DNA of 64,000 nt from Acanthaster planci. Lineage: Eukaryota. Of this stretch, positions 1 to 12,622 are shown in pieces. How positions within the stretch are numbered: the first letter of the stretch is position 1; every line of letters starts with the position of its first letter. The notes beneath the pieces are model-generated. The model did no database searches and had not been told where the DNA came from. It saw only the letters and a program-made list of their open reading frames with translations. The translations under genes and the position numbers were made by a program. The stretch spans positions 462,021 to 526,020 of the forward strand of contig NW_019091359.1 in NCBI RefSeq assembly GCF_001949145.1. The letters are read 5' to 3'.

Positions 1-2792
1 TACTAGCTTGATCGATGTCTGAATTACGACCAAGTGTTTTTGAAGAGCAATTAATGCCAGTTGCACTGTCATCGAAAGCAACATGGATTTAAGTAAATTT
101 TAAGATAAACGACCTTAAACATGACCTTCCTCGAAACTTGTATAATCAGAAGTCATGCCTAAAATGTCTAGAAATCGGGGGGAATGCTCTGTTTTGGGGT
201 TTGTAATGTCTTCTATGTTAAGTGTGGCCACCCCAAATATAAAACTGTCTGGTTTTGTCATCATGCAGAAGAAGCGAAAAGGAAAAATTGAGATGTCCTT
301 AGAATGGCCGTCCACGTTTGGGTGAAAATGCAGGCATCACCAGTTCACAGTCGGGCGCGAGAAATCTGTATGAACGGCGCGGTAATGTTTTCAACACGTG
401 ACGCCGCGTTAGGTGACGGAGAAAACGACAGGCCTAATTCTCCCCCCCCCAAAAAAAAAACAAAACCAAAAACACCAGGTGACGGTCGCTCGTAACAATA
501 TCCTTGCTGGTAGCAGCCACTTTTTTTTCATTTGTTGGGGGGGGGGAATGGCCAAAGATCGCAACGCAACTAGCAAAAAATGACTTTTCCCTCCCTTTCC
601 GGCACGCGACATCATCCGTCATTTATATTGCTTTTCCAGACAGACCGGAGAGGATAAAACGAACGATGCTTCAAACAAGGATGGCATCGTGTGAGTAAAT
701 CATGAACATTGGGCTAGGATGTGCAGTGTGAGTGTTCCACAAGTTCTTACTTCTTTTGATATCACCTGTTCAATACAGACGGTCTCGCGGACGTCCAGTG
801 GCAGAAAATGACTGTGACTCTTCGTGGGGATGTAGGCCCTACCCGCAGAAATTTCTTGCAGGATGGCTGCTTTGGCTGATGTATTCATGCAAAGCAAGCT
901 CATTAATGTGTGACTTAATTGATCAGACCCTATTCCCATTATGCAACGGCCATCAGGCCTACTTTCCTGAAAAAGGGGAAAGGGTGTGTGAACTCTCAGA
1001 GCAAGTCATGCATATCATTGCGACTTGTATCACGCTGCCCATAGACTAGGTTTGGAATTGGGTTGATATACTATTCTATTGTTATCACACAGCTGCATTT
1101 TAAGAATTTGTGAAATGCATAACATTTTCGTGCACATGGCTCGATCTCATATTGTTTCCGTAAAAATCAGTTCACCATACCGACCATTTCGTGACAAAGA
1201 TTCCCACTGAAAGCTGATATTAAACACGAAGAATCTAGTCAAAAAGATTCTTCTGAACATTATTTCAGAGTCAAGAATAAACAAGCATTTCTGGAGTTCT
1301 AGTTCTTTGCCATGGCAGGTGTGTTTATACAACATCCCAAGGAAGAGAGACGCAGGCTACGCCTAATGCGTCGTTGAGGCCGGTTAGTGTTGTTCCAGAA
1401 TCGATCCCGTTCGATCCGAGTTTCCCCTTCCACTCGCATCCCATGGATTTTTGTGCTGGTACCCGCTTTTGATTAAGTTACACGGCACGTCAATTTGCTC
1501 GTGTATCGCATACAAGAACAATTTGGTTGGAATCGATGGGGGGAGAGCGGTCCATCCAACAGCAGGCCGACCAGGGAGAGCGAAGCAGAGAACCGTTGCA
1601 TGACAAGGCCAGACCTTCTCACCAGGTCTGTGCTCATAGATTGTCAGCCTTTCTTTAATAACTTCATTAATGATTGTTTTTACAAATGTTGTCTCCGTTT
1701 TGAATCCTGACATAGTTTTATTTTAAATCTTTATGCAAAAGATGTTTGAAAATGGAAATAACAGACACATTTGAATATCTTCCGTCAGATGCTTTTGGAA
1801 TGTCTTGATAAGAACATTTAATGGCGACAAACATCGCTGTATGTCTATCAGGAAGGCTTTTGGGGTTAATACTCTGTTTTCTCAGACAACTAGTAACAGT
1901 GAATGAGGATTTCATTATCTTTTCTCGGAGATTAACACCATCGATGAGGGCAATTTATGACCTGCTTTCGATTTTTGGCGCCGGGATATTTTTTTACTTG
2001 AATTAATCTCGTTCTATCTAGGCAATCACTCAAAATTCCAGACCTTTTGTGCTCTGTATATACGGCCGTTGGTTAGGCCTAAAATAGACAAAAAAAAAAC
2101 TGCGCGAAGAAGCGAAGGGCACGCAATGCGCGTCCGATTGGCCGTGTTTTCCCCCGTCAAAAATAATAACGGCCAACAGGACGGAGAAGACCGATGGCAG
2201 AGATACCCAAGGCCAGAACAACAGATTTCTGACGCCGACGAACACGCGGGACTTGTGATAATTTGTATGGCAGCGAAGAGCGACGAGCAAACAACTGAGT
2301 TTTAACCCCCCCCCCCGGCCGGTCGGCCAACAGTCCTCTGTCGTCTCACTTCCAGTAAGTCATGGCGTGATGTTGGGGATTCGGCACCAGGCCCGGCACA
2401 AGGCCGCGTCCACCACGGGGCTTGTGACGCGCCGCCCCCGCCGCCGCCCGGTTGGTGTTCGGTACCGTCACCCGTGGGGGGAAACTTTTTACATCATTTC
2501 TGTTTAGGGAGACATGAGCTTAGATGGGAGAAATGTTAGAATGTTTCTAAAGCTGTGCTTTTTGTCTTCCTGTGTGCTGGTGTCATGGTAACCTTGGGTC
2601 CGAGCTTTCTCTAGTCCGAGTTCAAAGAGAAGAGCCCGCCCACTGCTGAGAGCATCATGGGTCTGTCAGTGTACAAAAAACTCGAGAGTTATGATCTGGG
2701 TTTTGATAAAAACAAATCCCAAACAAACAAGAAACATTTAGAGTGTCATTTTAAATTGGAACAACCTGAACTCACACACTATGCACCCCAAA

Positions 2793-3027
2793 CACAGTAA
2801 ACAACAGTTAGTGGCTCAAAATGACTAATATGGGTAAGTCGGGTCTTATTAAATCAAGATAGGGCTAATATTTAGTCAACAGTGACTGACTTTGGTCAAA
2901 TTTGACTAATAGTTGACCTATCTTTGTATCTAATATTAGTCATTGGCCGGCCTGACGAATTTAAATTGGTCATTTTAGACATAGAGCTGGACTGACTTAG
3001 TCAAAATGACTAATTTTGTCTAAAGTG
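2793..3027. repeat. MITE-like element with TGACTAAT/TTAGTCA subrepeats in both orientations
   Basis: Repeated AAAATGACTAAT, TGACT and AGTCA units, with ends CACAGTAAA...TAAAGTG. Confidence 0.55.
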
Positions 3028-5577
3028 AACCAAACCAAGGTCGCATCCAGAACCGAATTTTCGCGGGTACTTTTTTTTCGGGGCCAAGTATTTTTAATGC
3101 GACCTTTATGACCTCTCTAAGAGATAAGGCTAAGTGTTGGTAGCTTTTATTCGCTTGGAGAATAGGAAGTGAAAAATCGTCCTTCTCTCAGACTTTTAAA
3201 AAAAACGAAAAACGTTGCCTCTTTTTCGGTACTATGACTTTAGTCCCCCCCCCATTCACTGCTTGATGAACAAAATCAAACTGAACCGACCCAAAGCATG
3301 TTTCCCACGAATAGAAATTTGCCAGTTCGTTTTAGAAAATCCGCTAAGCCATTCTCCAAAGCAAAAAAAATGTCCTGACAATACTAGATCGCTTAAAGGC
3401 GTATCTGATCGCATCTTCCTCAGAAAGAAAAACAATACTTTGAAGGACACGACTGGTCAAAGCCGAATGAATGGCTTGGATCCACAAGCAAACTTCAATG
3501 GAAACACTCTAGCAATTTCCGCCGAACCTCCATGATATTGTCAAAGATGATTTTTCGCGTCCACTGGGGAATTTTCCCGTATTTGCCCCCACCTTTTGTA
3601 CTGGTAAAGCGTCGCATTAGGCACGCTTTTCAGCTGTGCATTTCAGCCATGGTTCAAGCCACAATCAGGGAAATTGTCTGAGAATATTAATCGGGGGAGA
3701 GCATCCGGAAGATGGAGAGTTACAGGCCGTGGTCAGTGATGTGGTTGTCAGGCTTTGTTCATTGGAAGTGTCTTGTATTGTGTTCTCCGCGTTTCAATAT
3801 TACGATATTTCACTGTTCTCTTTCCATGCAAAGCTTCCTGCCGATTAGTTTAGCTACAGTTTCCTATTTGTGCCCTCCAAAATTTATGCCAAATCACCTC
3901 ATAAACTGAACCCCCCAGATTTATGATAATGAGTTTAAAATGTCTGAGTTCTGGTCTAGGCGTGCTGTATAACATGTGAGGTTTCGCACACAGAGACAGT
4001 TCTTAAGACATGTAAGGAGCAAAGCGTTTTGCACCCCTCCTTTTTTTTCAAAATCTGCGTCGTACGGTTTCATGCAATCAGACTTCTCGCCGCGGTTAAT
4101 GTGAGGCTTTTACATCAAAATGCTATCTATTTGATATTGATTCAAATCACGGTCGGTTGAAGAAAGGCTATTCGAGGCGTTAAAGTTGGATGAATTTCAG
4201 GTATATTTCACTGCCAACTGCTATGATGTATTGCCGACACGCTGTGACCGAAGACTTAAGGGTTGCTCGCCACGGTTTCATAATTTTCTCTTATTGGTTT
4301 CCCACTATCTGAGTTGACACTCGCAGGACTGGTTCCGATTATAAACAACATTTTCGGGGTCTGTGGAATTGTTTTCAAAAGTCATTGAATTCAGCCTAAC
4401 GTATCCAGTCAGATAAACGTCGTTAAGTTTTGAAGAAATTAATCACAATTTATTGTGAGCCTTATGCGGGCCAACATGGAAGACAACTCTTCTACGGCGG
4501 TATTATTGATCTGAGTTTCAAGAGGGAGAATTCGAGTAGAATCCTTAACCGATGCTCAACCTCTGAAGGCTAGCTGAAGCATAACACGCCTACGCCTTCC
4601 ATAAAACATGACACGCGCAACCATCAGCAAGTATCGTTTGCTCATTACTGCGGGGACAATTAACAAATCCTGTACCAAGACAGAGTTGGTCTCCATCCCT
4701 TCTACATTTTGCTTGCCTCATTAAGCAGGAAACCTGGCAGTGGGCGAGACAGATAAATGGAAAATGTAGATGTTTATCAAATAAGGACAAGCGAGTGTCA
4801 AGGTGAGGCAGCGAAGGGGCTGCGGGCGGGCATATTAGCCACAGATGCTGGCTAGTGCTGAGCAAGTCACGTCCAGCCAGCGGGGCTTCACTTGGCGCAG
4901 CGGAGGCGCCTGGTGATATGGACCGTACGCTGGCAGACAGTTCCCCGGGGTGCACCAGTGGCACGGCCATGGGTCCATCGTCCGCGTGCAACCAACTTAG
5001 CCAAGGTCACGGCCAAGTACGAAATAGTTAGTTTACTTTTTCAAAACCATGCCTCCTTATGGAGGGATTTCAAATAGCGATGATCAGATGAATAAACGTA
5101 AAATAACTTACGCATTGATTATTAACATCAATATTGATGCTTGTTCATTGTTTTTTCAGCTTGAAATAACGCACAATTCCATTGGCTCCAGCCACAACCA
5201 CAGATTCAAGCGTAATTTCAAGCCTCAATTCAGACAGGGCCTTACATCTGCTTCAGAACGTTGCTGCTGTTATTTACATTTTGTGGTTTTTATCTAAGAC
5301 TGGTAAACATAAACGCAAAGAGCGCATTGTTCCTTGATTGGTGCGGAAAACTCCAGATTGTGTGATTAAAGAGAGATCGAAAGGAGCTGTCTCCGGGAAC
5401 TATTATGGGCATCTTGAATAGTGAAAGGTACACTTTAATCGAATCTAAACAGAAAAAGCAAAAGTACTTCATGCGTATTCCTAAGGCTGGGTGATTTGCA
5501 CACGATACCGGTACGTCCATTGTTAAGTTCACTTCACGCAACCCCTTAAAAACAGCATTTTGGGTACATGCGTTTTC

Positions 5578-5624
5578 CCATATTAATGTGGGAAATTTCC
5601 GATGAGCTAAAAGCAAAATAAACA
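5578..5624 (+). repeat. 47-bp inverted repeat, left copy
   Basis: Exact reverse complement of 9037-9083. Confidence 0.95.
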
Positions 5625-7671
5625 AAAGAAAGATCATCAAGCATGAAGTTGATGAGTCTTTTGTATACGGAGAAACTGCTCTTGTCAAAAAGACTGGGTA
5701 CCTGTATATTCAAGCTGAAAATATCCATTTACTTCCATTTAAATAGTTAGCAAAGCTGTGGGGTCTCACTCAGTGCATCCTGTTTCAATGAAATCATTTC
5801 ACACTGCTTTCTCCCTCTCAGGTAAGCGAATTATTCGAGGCACGAAACGTGTTAGGCTCACAGCGGGGCTCGGCCGCGCGATCCACGGTGCGTAAAGTTA
5901 CCGCCTGCCCGCTACTATAGCCTCCCTTCAATCTCGCAAATTAAACAGATGATATTTCTCAGTGGGAAAGCGAACAGTGGCAACATGCAACAACGATTCT
6001 GCCAAGTGGAGCTAGCTGTTAGGTGACCCTGGAGGGATCCGTACAGTGCACCATCCTGTCTGCCTTATCGGTCTTTTGTCAAAACGTGAAATGATTTGGG
6101 AACCTGTTTTATCCCAAGATATACAAATGACCTTGGAAATCTGAGGTTAAAAGTTTAAATTTGGATAAGACAAGCACTGGAAAATGCATCTATGGTGGCC
6201 TTTAGTGGACAAAAATGCTTAGGATGTATTTTACGAAATTGGGTGATCCAAACTGCGGAAGTACTGTGATCATGGTAGTTCTAAACAGACGAAGAATCAA
6301 GTTCGACAAATTTATCTTTGTCAGTCCCGTCTGAATCCAGGATGAATTTTAAAAACAGCAGCAAGCGCAGCTTCAGTTGATTTCCCACATCAATAACAGG
6401 TTAAAACTTTGTGTTAGATTTTAGAAAAAAATGAACTTCTTGAACTGAAGCTCAAGAAAGCTACATCTTCCTTTTCCTGGGCACTCATCAGTCAATCTGT
6501 CTCCGGATTCGTCCTGAACCCGAACATGTCTTACCGTTTATATTATTCTTCCGGCCCAAACTCTAATCTACTGCAGGAACCAGTCTTGTCCCCCCTCTTG
6601 TTGCCCGTTAAATCCATTGTTCACTAATTCAAGGCCTGGAGAAGCTCTCAACATGCGAATGAACATCAATATCAAGCTTGCCAAGACTTAAAAGGCTGTG
6701 ATCACAGCGCCTTGCCCCTTTACTGAGCAAACAGTTGCGCCAGTTAACAGCCTACTAACAAGATTGTCTGGCAGCCCAATTGTGATAATGAAGTCTGGTA
6801 ACGTGCCTGACTACGCTGATCTTGACCTTGAACGTTTTGTTCTGCACGATTTTAGAAAATCAAAGAGCGAAAATAGGCAAAGGCTTCCTTTATCCGTCGC
6901 AAATCTCAATTTGAACCACCGTGGCGTGAATTATTCCGTTTTGTACGGGGCTTCCTTTCTTGCACTCAAGTCAATAATGTTACGTTACTCATACTTGGCT
7001 GGAGCTCCGAATGGCGTCCCAGCAGGATGACTCGAACGTATGTGTGTGCCTCCTGGGTTGCCTCCTGGGATAGTCCAGCGAGACGAATCTGCCCGTCCAG
7101 TCGCCCCTTGCTCATCCAACTCTCCCAGACCCCCTACTGTGGTCCGATCGGGCACTACCGCGGTAAGGGAGAATCATCCTAATCCAATCAGGAGTATTTA
7201 TAATTTACTAAGTACTTCTTATCAATTACAAGAAATTCGGATTGCTCGACTGACCTTTTACATGGCGAGGTATAGTACATGTACATCACAGTCGTGAAAC
7301 ATGGTGTTGCTCTCGGTCGCTTAACTTTTGCTACACGATATGCAACACATGCATTGTTACTCTGAATAGACTTGTGGGAGTCTTTTTACCTTTCTTGGGG
7401 CATGGTTTAGTCAGTACAGTCGCACAATTCACTGTGATTGCTACCAAGCATGGAATTTCTTCGTTTCTTTCATCAGTCTTTGACAGTCAGTTGATTCCGC
7501 ACCTGCCGTGGCTCCGCTGCATGAAAGTTGTAGAGGAGATTTTAAAGCTCAGAAAAACAATTTCCGCCCATTCTGATCAATTTAGAGATTCGTTCAGATC
7601 TATATAGGTTACCACTCAAGGTGACATTTTTATAGCGTCTAGACGCAGGCCATACGACTGTCAGAGCTGTT

Positions 7672-7838
7672 TATAGAGAGAGTTCCGGCATAAGTGTCTC
7701 TCAACTGTTCGAACCAAAATGGTGGATTTGCGTTAGTGCACATAGCAATTAGCACACAATAGCTGCATGCTGTACTGCACAGATAACGAACAGCCGTTTT
7801 GGTTCCAAAGAGTTTGAAGTTAGCGCTACTCTCTCTGT
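7672..7838. mobile_element. Degenerate MITE-like inverted repeat
   Basis: Nested pairs AGAGAGAGT/ACTCTCTCT and GAACCAAAATGG/CCGTTTTGGTTC. Confidence 0.5.
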
Positions 7839-8551
7839 TAGGGCACTCTTTTTATATTCTATGGTTCTCATTTCCGACTGACCTTATTTTGGGCTCCCGA
7901 TCACGGAAAAAAATACCTAACCCCCCCCCAAAATGAAGGGAAAAAAATTGGCCAGCATGACCTTTGAAAACAAAAGCCCTGAAAACTTACGGTTTCGCAA
8001 ACGACCAACAGCGACGGTCGGCGTTCGAGTGAACATTCGGTATACCACACCTTTCCGTGGCCCGCTGAGGTTCCTGCATAGCCCTACACCAGCAACATGG
8101 AGTTATTTTTTTTAAGGATTTTTTTTTTCGACCGACCGATCTTATCTCAAGTACTAAAAGAAGCGAGAACTATAGACTTTAATAAGGGCGCCCTTACTCA
8201 CTCGGGCTGCCGACTGTCCAAACTGACTGCCACCAAGCGTCAGCATTCTACCACCTTGTGTAACCCCACTGCAGGCCACGGCCAAATTACATGTCTCCTA
8301 GGTCCTCGGTACCAGTGCTCTGTGAGCCCTCGTAACATGGCTCCAGCATTAAATTTCATGGCGCTGGTATTAAGCACTTGAGCCTCGCATTTCCTGATGA
8401 TGCCATACCTTTATTAATAACCTATATATCTGTACAGATGACTAGTTGGAAGCTTTACTACAGTCACCAATTCAAAGAGAACAGAGCAAGGTATTTACGT
8501 TTTGACTCCCGAATTGTTTGTGTTCAAGCCATCCCTATATCTCTCCGTCCA

Positions 8552-8674
8552 GACCATTCTCCATCTTTTCCCCACCCTCCCCTTAATCCTCTTCTTCCCT
8601 CTCCAGGTATCCCTGACCTTACCCCCTTCCACTTCTTCTCCCCATTCTCCCTTCCCTTCCTCACTTTCCCCTCC
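8552..8674 (+). repeat. Polypyrimidine/polypurine low-complexity tract
   Basis: About 120 bp that is almost all C/T. Confidence 0.8.
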
Positions 8675-9036
8675 TGTTGTAGGGTTGAATTACAGTTTGA
8701 TTCTTAATTCAGTGTTTAGCAAACCATACTGTGAAATATCTTGTTATTATTTTGTACTGGTCATTCTGCCGAGGCCAGCGAATACTACAATAAACAAACC
8801 ATCTGCAATAGTGAAAGTGTGCAAGGACATTATGAAGGGCGATGCAATTATTACTTCTCCGACACCTTGCATTTCGATGCATCACTCAGCAAAAGAACGA
8901 CATGGGATTTCCCGATTGGACAGGTCATCCGTCGGCAGACATGTTGTGGTCAAAGAGGATAGTCTCTCTGTACCGTGGTGGACTGGAACAAATCTAATTT
9001 CGCGAGGAAAAGGGTGAGTCGAGTGTCCCGTCACTG

Positions 9037-9083
9037 TGTTTATTTTGCTTTTAGCTCATCGGAAATTTCCCACATTAATATGG
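9037..9083 (-). repeat. 47-bp inverted repeat, right copy
   Basis: Exact reverse complement of 5578-5624. Confidence 0.95.
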
Positions 9084-12000
9084 CGCTGCCAAGTTCTAAC
9101 TCAACGAGTGTAAAGATTGATAACTGCCGCTAAATCCTGTTCATAAATATTACATAACCAAATACACGGATGATACTGTTAGATCAGCACGATAGCCAAC
9201 GCCTGGCTTGGGTAGGGGACATATTTTCGGGGGTGGGGATGGGTGACCAGCAAGGCTATAGTTCAACATTTTTATCGTGCAATTACCACAGTCCAATAAG
9301 AACGCGGGTGTCATCCTCTCTTGCTGAACACCCAACAAGGCCAACAATAGTGTGTTGATGACAAAAGGCATGTTGATTATAACATCAAACTTTCCCATAT
9401 TTTAAAAGATGTTTCCAGTGCCACGGTACAAAATTACGATGTCGTAAAAAAGTAGTGTATAAATATATGTAGTTTTTAAAATAAGCTGCAATGGCGTGAA
9501 CACGCACCCCCCCTCCACACACACACTTGTTTTACATACGAAGTGTGGACGTTCCTTTGTTCTACTGTGGTTAAGGTAAAAGCTCCTTTTTCTCCAACTA
9601 GCTGGATTTTTGATGATGTTTTCCTGGACTGTTCCTCTTCATTTTGCCACGGATAACCTTGACCCCAAAATGCCTCTGAAACTGTTTTTCATGCAGAGTG
9701 GGGGAATACATTGTGTGGACATGTGCAAGTCCACACAACGCCATCGTACCCTGCATTACGTGGACTTCTTTTGTGCAGAGGTCCACGCTATGTATGAAAC
9801 GCTATACACAACTGCCAACCGAACTTTGACATAATGTAGATCACGTTTAATATTTTTCTATTTTGTAGTAGAAATGTATGCATTCTTTTCTTAATTATGG
9901 CCAATTTTATTCACTGCCTGCACTTTCTTAAATCCCCTATTATCCCTTCCACTGGCGGGGAGGAAGATGCAATATGATGGAACAGCAAAGGCTCAGTGAG
10001 CGCTAAGTGTAAACCCCACAGATGGAGACTTCGCAATAATTAATCGCGGGAAACCTGCTGCCTCTAGATCCGTCTAAATCCTCCTTCCCCCAAGGGGCCC
10101 CAGTCACTCCCTGACTTCCCTTCCATTTTCACTGGCTATTGACGACCGGCCTTCCCGGACACTTGGAGTCAAACACCTGACGCTGAGGGGCTCCCTGATC
10201 CCTCGGGCCGAGTCTCACCGCCTTGCCGCTAAGCCCCATCTTTCCCGCCCGTCATCAGAAGGAAACATAAAGAGGGAGGATCTTAAATCACCACCTGCCG
10301 AACTAGAAGAGTTGCGCAGGAGAAGATCTCAGTACAGGACTTCTACAAATCCGCTCTTCTTCCGTTTACTTCCCTCTCAACAAACCAGTCGTGTCAAAAT
10401 GAACACTGAGAGGGAAAAAACTCTTCCCTCTTATTTCATATAAATCGCTCACAAAACTAGAAATGCTGCTATCATTGTCATAACTTATGAACATAAATCA
10501 TTCCCATCCTGTCGGCTTTATAATTGTAAAAGATGAAGCTGACCCAGCCAAATTGATTAATCCACAGATGTTTTATAAGGAAGTACATGAATTAAATACA
10601 ATATTTAATAAAGCAGTCTTTATTGGCAAATCATGAAGTCTGCTTTAGGCTCGGTAATAAGTATTCGCACCCTCTGTGAACGTTTACAACAAGAGCAGAA
10701 GATGCCAATGTACTTTTAGCATTTTCGTGAAATCAAGCCTTCGTTAATTGAGACAAAACTCGAAGGCAGCACTACATAATATTGTTTATCAGTGTAATCT
10801 ACTAGTCTCTTTTAATCCACATTCTGATCTACACTTCATCAATACTTTATGCCAACTTTCTCTTTTCAGAACATAAAAATTTCGGACGCAAACTTCTTTT
10901 TATAGAAAAAATACGTTATATTACATGGCAAGAATCAGATGATTTTGGCCATAAATGCTGGCAGATCAGAAGACAGCTGCGCGATGTGGCTGTTTTTGCG
11001 TCACACTTGGCCGGCGCCATGTTGTTTATGCATGAGAATCAGGTGAGGAAGCTTTCCCTGATGCACAATCTTGATTCACCCTCCCTGTTACATCTTTCTA
11101 TAGAACATAAAACTTAATTGTAGTGTCTATTTTTGTGCAGAAGAAAAGAAAAGTTTGACTCATTGTTGCGCATTGGCGTCAACAGAGGGCGCAATACTTT
11201 TGGCATAACTACGGTCGTTTTGGAAAGGATTGCATCGTCCCAAACCTTACAAACTTCTGTCTCTGTCCCAAAAGTGGGAAACGGGTTTTCGGGGGGGGGT
11301 CGCAACTTGAAACCATTAATAGCACAGGCAAACTTGGCCAACAAAACAAAGAGGCGGAAACTATGAAAGATCCAGGAACAAATACCGTCAGAGCTGAAAA
11401 TTATTAGATTAAACTACTTGATGACAGATATTAAACACGTGTACATGTATATAATTGCGAGTGGGATGTATTTATGTGTGGAAGGAACCATAATTTGTCC
11501 GTGGAGGCACACTGATAGGATGTGGAGGCCCGAGTAGCTGCCAAATCGGTCACTATTTTGATACTGGGCACCGAATTTAGGCCAAATATGCGGCGCAAAT
11601 AAAATATTGAACTAGTATAGAGAGAATGAGGAGTATTTCTTCCCTTCGTCAACTAATTACAAAAGAACTGGGTGATAAAGATGCAGGATACATCTGGGAC
11701 TACAGCAAAAAACAAGAGACTTCGTCTGACATCAGGAACCCAGAAACAAACGAATGAATGTGAACGACGTACACATTGTTTTAAGTGAGAGCTGAGTGGC
11801 CCAGCAGCATGAGTCATTGATGTAGTTTGTGTGTACCGTTCTCCTGCAGATCTTTTCTCTGAATTCTCATGGTAGCCTCCATTTACTATTCCTGGCCTAT
11901 AGATTTCGCGACGTTTGCTGGATTCTATGAGTTTTTGTATAGTTTTAACCGATTTTAAGGCCAGCAACCTCAAGTTTAAAGGAAGGGGTCCGAACACAAA

Positions 12001-12560
12001 ACCTACTGAATTTCAAATTAGGTGACCGTACTATTACGTCGCAAGTAAGTTTGATGAAACGGAAAATTTGAGTCCCCTGTATCGCAAAATTGTAAAAACC
12101 TGCACTCTATTAAAAGGAATGCTGAATAGATCATTTGCATTCCTATGCAAATAGGGGTGGTGCCTGACTAGTTTGGATTCCATGCCTCACTTTCATTTTT
12201 CAAATATTGCTCAAAACATTTAGAAATAAATAATCACTTGTTTTAAATTCTTCATCAGCATAAATGACATTAATTTATGACGAAGTTTTATTTTAGTGCT
12301 TTCATCTTTATTCTCAGGTGCCAAATTTTAAAAAATACATGTAATAATAAATAACCTCCCTTTCGATTCAATATGACCGACTTGTGTATGAGACTAATTA
12401 GCAGTTACCAAAAATAAACCAGCTCCAAATTTCTGCAAGTCATTTCGCACCCACATCCACAGCAGAATTTGTCATTTTGACAAGAAAAAACTTGTTTTGT
12501 CCCAATGTCTATAACGACAAGGATTCATTTGTCAAGAAGGTCAGTTTTCAGCGCTTTCCA

Positions 12561-12622
12561 AAAGCTTGTGAAAAAAACACGCTTGCTCCTATGGGATTCG
12601 AATCAGTGACCTCTTGCCAACG
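12561..12622 (-). mobile_element. Diverged fragment of the same tRNA-derived family as the 32.1-kb element
   Basis: GCTTGTGAAAAAAACAC...GGGATTCGAATCAGTGACCTC aligns with GCTTGTGAAAAAACAC...GGGACTTGAACCCACGACCTC at ~32.14-32.19 kb. Confidence 0.6.
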
